Source: Aduncisulcus paluster | Taxonomy: Eukaryota | Assembly (NCBI GenBank): GCA_024181965.1 | Contig: BQXS01010807.1 | Location: forward strand, 1-38,684 | DNA: 38,684 bases | Direction: 5' to 3' | Shown: in pieces, positions 32,681-38,684 of the stretch | Numbering within the stretch: position 1 is the stretch's first letter | Layout of the letters: each line of letters begins with the position of its first letter | The notes under the pieces: model-generated | Seen by the model: the letters and a program-made list of their open reading frames with translations, nothing else | Told to the model about the DNA's origin: nothing | Database searches by the model: none | Position numbers and translations under genes: made by a program

Positions 32681-35600
32681 TTATTTCTCATCGAGATATA
32701 ATATAGAATCTCTATGATCGCCATGTGTCGTCTGAATTGTTGAAGATATAGTCAAAGATGATAGTCCACTTGCTTCAAAACTTTCCTTCGAACTTTCTCG
32801 TTTCTTTGGACTTGCTTCGATATGTCTTTGAAAAGTTCTATCAGAATACATGTCACGGTGATCATCAACGTGGCTTTGTTTCTTCATTGGGGACAAAGAT
32901 GTGGGAAACATGTCTCCTAAATCACTTAGATTACCTCCCTGAGAAAACCACCCCTCACCAATTTTTGGTAGCAGATGCTTGATATCTTGGACCTTCTTGC
33001 GAGCGTTATGAACGCTCATTCGTTTTTTATGATCTAATTGTGTGAGACCAGTGAATACTTCATTCAAAATGTCATGAATATGAATATATTGACCTCCTTC
33101 AATGACAGATAAAGCAGAAAAGAGATCACAACTTTCTAATTTTGGGACTCTACCACTTTCCATCAATTTCAGCAAAGTGTGCATAATATCATAACTATTA
33201 ACAACACCTCGAAATACAGGCATGGATATGAAGGGATCAGCGCATTGGAACAAGGCAAGAATCGACATACCAAGAGAATATCCATCACTCTTTTGAGTCT
33301 GTTTTCCTGTACAGAGAGTCTCATAAGAATTATACACGAGAGTTCCACATTTTGATGGTAAATTTTGTGAAGATTTATCATGTTTCGTGGAAGAGGAAGA
33401 AGAAGCTCCGAAACTCTTTGATGATCTGGAGGATGAAACAGAATCTAAGATTTGAACCATTCCAAGATCAGAAAGAACAACTGTATATTCTGTATTTTTG
33501 GGATCAATACGAACAAGGAAGTTATCAGGTTTGACATCTCGATGAACAAGACTTCTCTTTGCTCGAAACACATCATCGAGACACTCAATCATTCCAACAC
33601 AGAGAGAACATAGTTTCACTGGGTTCAGTATCATGGGATCGAAACGAATAGAACTTGATGGATCCGAAGTTTTCGAATCATCTTCATCTTTCACACTTCC
33701 ATACTTACCATCATCACACCATTTCCTGGCAAAGTCTTTAACACTGCCTCCAGCACAAAATTCCATCAAAAATCCATATTCACCTTTGAAATGTTCATCA
33801 AGCAGATCAAGAATATACAAAGGACGTGGAATACGATTGAAACATTTTGGATTGTTAAATAATCTAAGTTGCGTTATGAACTCTTTTTGGCACCCTTCAA
33901 CAACCTTTTCATCGGCCATTCGAAGCATCTTCTTCAGAACACAGGGATCAGGAATTCCATCCACTTTGATAAGAAGAACTTTTCCAAATCCACCATGGCC
34001 AATAACACGGATTGGAGTTATGCCCTTTAATGAGGTCAATGTTTTTACACGAACATGTGGGTGCTTGAGTTTGTGTTTATCTTTGATGATGGGTTTGTCT
34101 TTGCCCGAACTCTTTCCATTGCAAAAATCTTTCATTTCCCCTCCACTAGAATCTTTGTCTTTCTTTTCAAGGATCAATTTTTCTTCTCGCTTCTCTTCCC
34201 CAATATTTGATTCAAGAACAACATCTTCAATCACTCTGTCCTGTATTTTTGGTTCTTGAGATTTTCTCTCCCAATACAGAAAGTCGCATATCGACCTTTT
34301 CATCTGTAGTTCAGAATATTCTAGATCAAAAACAGTAACATAAAGTGGCACAGTATCCCGAATGAAAATCAGGGAATGATCCTGAAACATCGACTATTCT
34401 TCTCTTTCCATCGCCCTTTACCTTCAATCTCACACATATCTATATTTTTCACGTTAATCGGAAGGAAATACCATTCTTTTCTATATTTAGGTTCTGTGAA
34501 TTCATATTTCATGGATGATTTGGTCCCATACACTCTGCCGAATGTATTGCTGAAAGTGAAAAGAAGAGAAGGTGAACTATCATACTCGACTACACAGATA
34601 TAGGCCCCTTTAATATTGCTAGATACCGGAAAAGGAATGGAAAGATGTGTTAAGGACACATAATCGTTCCCCTTTAGCATTTTCCGTGCATCTAAACTCT
34701 GGTCATACTTTTCAGATTCCATACTGTATACATCGTTTGTACATTTTACACCCTCAAAGGAAGGATTTAAAACTGTTGAATCATCACGAGGAATGGGAAT
34801 AGAACCTCTCGCTCCTTCATTCTTAAATATTGGCTTCAAAGATGGAGATTTCAACCACAATTTCTAAAGGGAAAATTCTTTATCCTTCCGAGAGATATAT
34901 TCATCAGGGGTTTGTTGTCGAACAAAGGCAAGAGATCTAATTCCAAACACTTCAATTTCATTTCCTTTCCGATCAATCTCACACAAAGCGACATCAGAGA
35001 GCCCGATTGAGAGATAAAACCAACTGGATCTTGTCACTTGAAATTCATATTTCTTTGATAATTTGTTTCCCTTTGAAGAGTAAAATGTGAAGATAAGATA
35101 TGATGGTGACGAATAATGATTATTTAAACAGATATAGGCTCCTTCGATCGGGGTAGATGGAGAGAAAGGAATGGAAATATGGGTAAAAGTGCCATAATAA
35201 TAGCATCCTTTCATCATTTTTTGGGCAGAAACACTACGATCCCCGTCAAAATCAAAATCATCAATAGAAAGGGGATTATCAGTGGCAAAATCCCTTGCTT
35301 TAATTGCTAAATACTGTGGACTGACAATAGTTGGATCATCTCGAGGAATTGGAATGCAAAATTCATCGCCATAGTGAAAAAGCTTGACTGAGCCCATAGA
35401 AATGTGTCTTTCAAGGAAAATAAGAGATAAAATAGAATAAGATCTTGAATTCTTGTTTCCCCATGTTCCTTTCCCCTCAATCTCACACAATACAACACTT
35501 TGCAGATCAATTGGAAGAAAGTGCCATTCATAATCGTATTCGGGGCTCGTAAATTCATACTTCTTGGATGTCTTCTTACCTTCAGAATCAGTGAAAGTGA

Positions 35601-36756
35601 AGAGAAGAGAGGGTGAACTCCAATTATCATCCACACAGATATAAGCACCGTTCATAGGACTAGGTAATGTGAAAGGAATGGAGAGATGGGATAAAGTAAC
35701 ATCGCCTTCTCCTCTTAACATTTTCTGTGCATATCCACTTTGATTATACTTTTTTGATTCCTTGCAAAAAGAATCATCCTTTCCCTTTACCTTATCAAAT
35801 AAAGGGCGTATAATTGATAAATCTGCTCGTGGAATGGGAATTGAAGAAAATTTGCCAGGATTTGTAAACTCCGGCTTCACAATTGGTGTGTCAGCCCATA
35901 GATTTTCGAAGAAAGCCTCTCTGGATTGACGAACTATTGATTCTTCAGGCGTTTCTTTCCTAATAAAAGCGAGGAATTCAATGCAAAAACACTCTTTTTC
36001 TCTTCCTTTCCCAGTAATTTCACATAAAACAACATCAGTCAAATCAACCGGAAGAGATAACCAACTATCATCCTTCAATTCTGGAAATTCATACCTTTTT
36101 GCTGTTATTTCTTTCTTGGCAGAATAAAAAGTGAAAATGAGATATGAAGGATGGTAATATTTGGAAACACAGATATGAATAACTGACATGGGAGTAGATG
36201 GGGAGAAAGGAATCGATACATGTGTGAAAGATCCAGAGTTCCACTCCCCTTTCACTATTTTTTGTGCATTTAAGCTCTGATCATAATTTTTGTCGCAGAT
36301 ATCCAGTGTCTTATTCCTCGCCTTGATATTCAGAAAGTCGGCGGCTAATATGTTGGAAAGATCTCGAGGAATTGGAATACATGTTCCATCTCCCTGATGG
36401 ATAACTTTGGGTTTCATAATTTCAATCGGATCCTGAGAAAAATGAGTAGGCAAAATAGAGTGGAAATAACAGGAAAATTACAGAAAAAATAAATGGAGAT
36501 CGATAAAATTTAAAGGTTAAAATATATTTTATCAATATAATCAGTTTGCTTTATAGAATTGACATACAGATTTGGGAGGATATATTACAGAGGTTTCTCT
36601 ATCTAATATGCATTCCTTAGAAACACTATCTCCACCACTTGAGCTCATAGATGGCGTTGAATAATCAGTTTCTTCTCCACGATTTTCTATTTCAGTACAA
36701 TCCTCAAGGGAAAGATCATCAGATTCAATAATCGCATTCTTTGAAGAAGAGCTCAT
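32681..36756 (-). pseudogene. Repeat-domain Ser/Thr kinase, paralogue D: acidic N-exon + 4 repeats + kinase; in-frame stop and frameshift
   Basis: Exon 36568-36756, intron 36433-36567 (GTATGT...CAG). In-frame TAG at 34864-34866 (EFSL*KLWLKS, where paralogues have E) and a 1-nt deletion near 34378 (expected CFRIHSLIFIRD). Kinase motifs GHGGFGKV, HRDVKPDN and DLG are intact. Confidence 0.8.
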
Positions 36757-37174
36757 TAAAAAACAATAAAATGGGAATATTATAAAAAAATTTATGTTAA
36801 AAAAATTGTTTGGATTCTCAATCGATAGAAAATGGGGACTCTATTTTTATTCTTCAATACTTCTCAAAGTTCAATATTTATTTTAATATTTAAACTAAAA
36901 TACCATTATAATTAAGGATTTTATTGAAACATTTCGAATTCTTTGTTCTGAAATCGAGATATCGAGTCGATGTTATTTTAGCAAGTTTCTTATTTTAAAT
37001 ATCAATTTTGTTTTAAAATTTTAAGATTTTACCATAAAATAAATTAATTTTGTCGATATTGATATTAAATAAGACAACTTTGCTTAATTTAGATGATGGA
37101 ACTGAATATCGTCGAATGAGGTATAAAAGAACCATTTAATAGATATATAAAAATTAAAAACATTTAAAAGGTTC

Positions 37175-38684
37175 TCAAATACATTCGATAACACAGTTCT
37201 TGGGGATATTTGTGATCATTAATGATGACAAATTGGGAGGGAAAGCCACATGGGAATCGAAATAGTCACCACAAAGGGGAAGAAGAAGAAGAGGAAGAGG
37301 AAGAGGAAGAGGAAGAGGAAGAAGGTTTTGTGAATGGCACTGAGTCGTAGGAACTCGATGATTGAAGAGGAAGAGACAATGCAGAGGAAGTTTTAAAACT
37401 TTTTTTGTCCTCTTCACCATGCTGAAAACAGTGTTCAATCTTGAGATGGGTCAGAGTTTCCCCGTATGTTTTGGTAATTGCGTTCACCACTCTTTTAGTA
37501 CTCTCTGATTTCCCATGATTCCAAGGCAAATAAACAGTGAGAGACTTTAATGAGGATGACGCAGGAAAATGAAGGAAAGAAAATTCACATTGTCCATACA
37601 GATCGCCACCATAAGCAAACAGTTCAGCTTCACGACGAGATCCAAGAGTAACATGTGATAAGGTTGGAGGGAAAGTTACCTGTGCCATTAATGAGTCTGT
37701 CAAAACACCAATAGGAATTGAGAGAGAAGATTCAGGGAAATTGGAGAGAAATGAAGGAAGTATCGCTTGTGGAATGGATGATATCAATGAATTCATTTTT
37801 TCAACATCATCATTGTTATCTTGCACTGAGTCGTAGGAACTCGAACATGATTGATACCTTCTGTGTGAAGGAGACGTTTGAATGAAGTGTTTCATCAAGA
37901 AGGAGACAAAGGAAGCATCCTGACTCGTGGTGCTGGAGGTCTTCTTTGGAGAAATGACTGGGACTGGCTTCGTACAACTCTTGTCACCACTAATAACAGC
38001 TTCTCCTTCTTCTTTCCTTTCCTCTCCTTCTTCCTCAAGATACTGCTGGTGGCGGTGAATGTATTCATCGGAAGGTTTTTGAGGAATGGTATCGCATAAT
38101 CTTGGTGACTGGGAAGATTGTGGAGGAGAAGGAAAGAGAGGAGGAGATGTGGGAATGTATGAAGATGTAGGAATAGGAATGGGAAGGGAAGAAGAAGCCG
38201 AAGAAGAAGCGGAAGAAGAAGAGAGAGAGATGGCAGGAGAAGAGGAAGAAGAATGGGCGTAGAACTGATGAGATACTGTGGGATCATGTACTGTTGGATC
38301 ATAGAAAGGAGGATAGGTTGGCTGGAAGGACATGGTATCCTGGAATTGTGGGAGACTATCATATCCCAAGTTTCTTTGAGGTAAGGTCTGTTGACGTGAG
38401 TGATGTGAATGATGTGAGTGAGCATGGAGTTGGTGAAGCCTACGTTGAGATTCACCAAGTATATGCATTGATGGATGACAAGCAGCATTTAGGGGAGATG
38501 ATGAGTGTCGTTTGTTGGAAATGAATGGCATTGGGAAAGCTTCAGAGGCTTGTTGAGGGTGGATAGAGGACGATAAGACACTGATGGGGATGGAATGCAA
38601 CTCAGAACCTTGGGAGGGAGCCAAAGCTGGGATACTAGTTGGTCTATCGTCTCTAGAGGGAGAACTGAAACTCGAATGGTCCAT
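37175..38684 (-). CDS. Hypothetical Ser/Pro/His-rich protein with degenerate FPxxL.. LRR-like units; probably incomplete at the window edge
   Basis: 472-aa open frame to the window end with units VTFPPTLSHVTL, FPASSSLKSLTV and LTHLKIEHC. A similar unit (VAFPPNLSSLMITNIP) continues in another frame after the poly-Ser tract. Confidence 0.5.

Noticed and set aside
34864-34866. TAG reassignment/readthrough (as in hexamitid diplomonads), suggested by in-frame TAGs at 34864 and 2572
   Set aside because: TAG ends the DUF1697 gene at its expected C-terminus and TAA ends Rab right after the CC motif. Long conserved ORFs contain no internal TAR codons, and both affected genes carry a second independent lesion.

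Overview
AT-rich, gene-dense eukaryotic (protist) scaffold with short spliceosomal introns: ten reconstructed here, all GTAYGT...AG and 90-135 nt. The gene families and composition suggest a free-living fornicate/metamonad such as Aduncisulcus; this is inference only. Recognisable genes are an LRRC56/ODA8-like LRR protein head-to-head with STT3, a CTU2-like protein, a Rab GTPase and a RING-H2/multi-TM protein. There is also an intronless, bacterial-type DUF1697 gene that is a lateral-transfer candidate. The dominant feature is a cluster of four paralogues built from a variable N-terminal exon, alternating pairs of a ~150-aa beta-rich repeat (possibly DOC/APC10 jelly-roll-like) and a Ser/Thr kinase with DLG in place of DFG. 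These paralogues show sequence mosaicism, intron presence/absence at repeat junctions, a shared upstream block, an orphan kinase fragment, and disabling lesions in three of four copies. Two tiny insertions flanked by 11-14 bp direct repeats look like scars of target-primed retrotransposition; one of them frameshifts a helical-repeat gene. Of four 20-N gaps, three have duplicated flanks (assembly artefacts).
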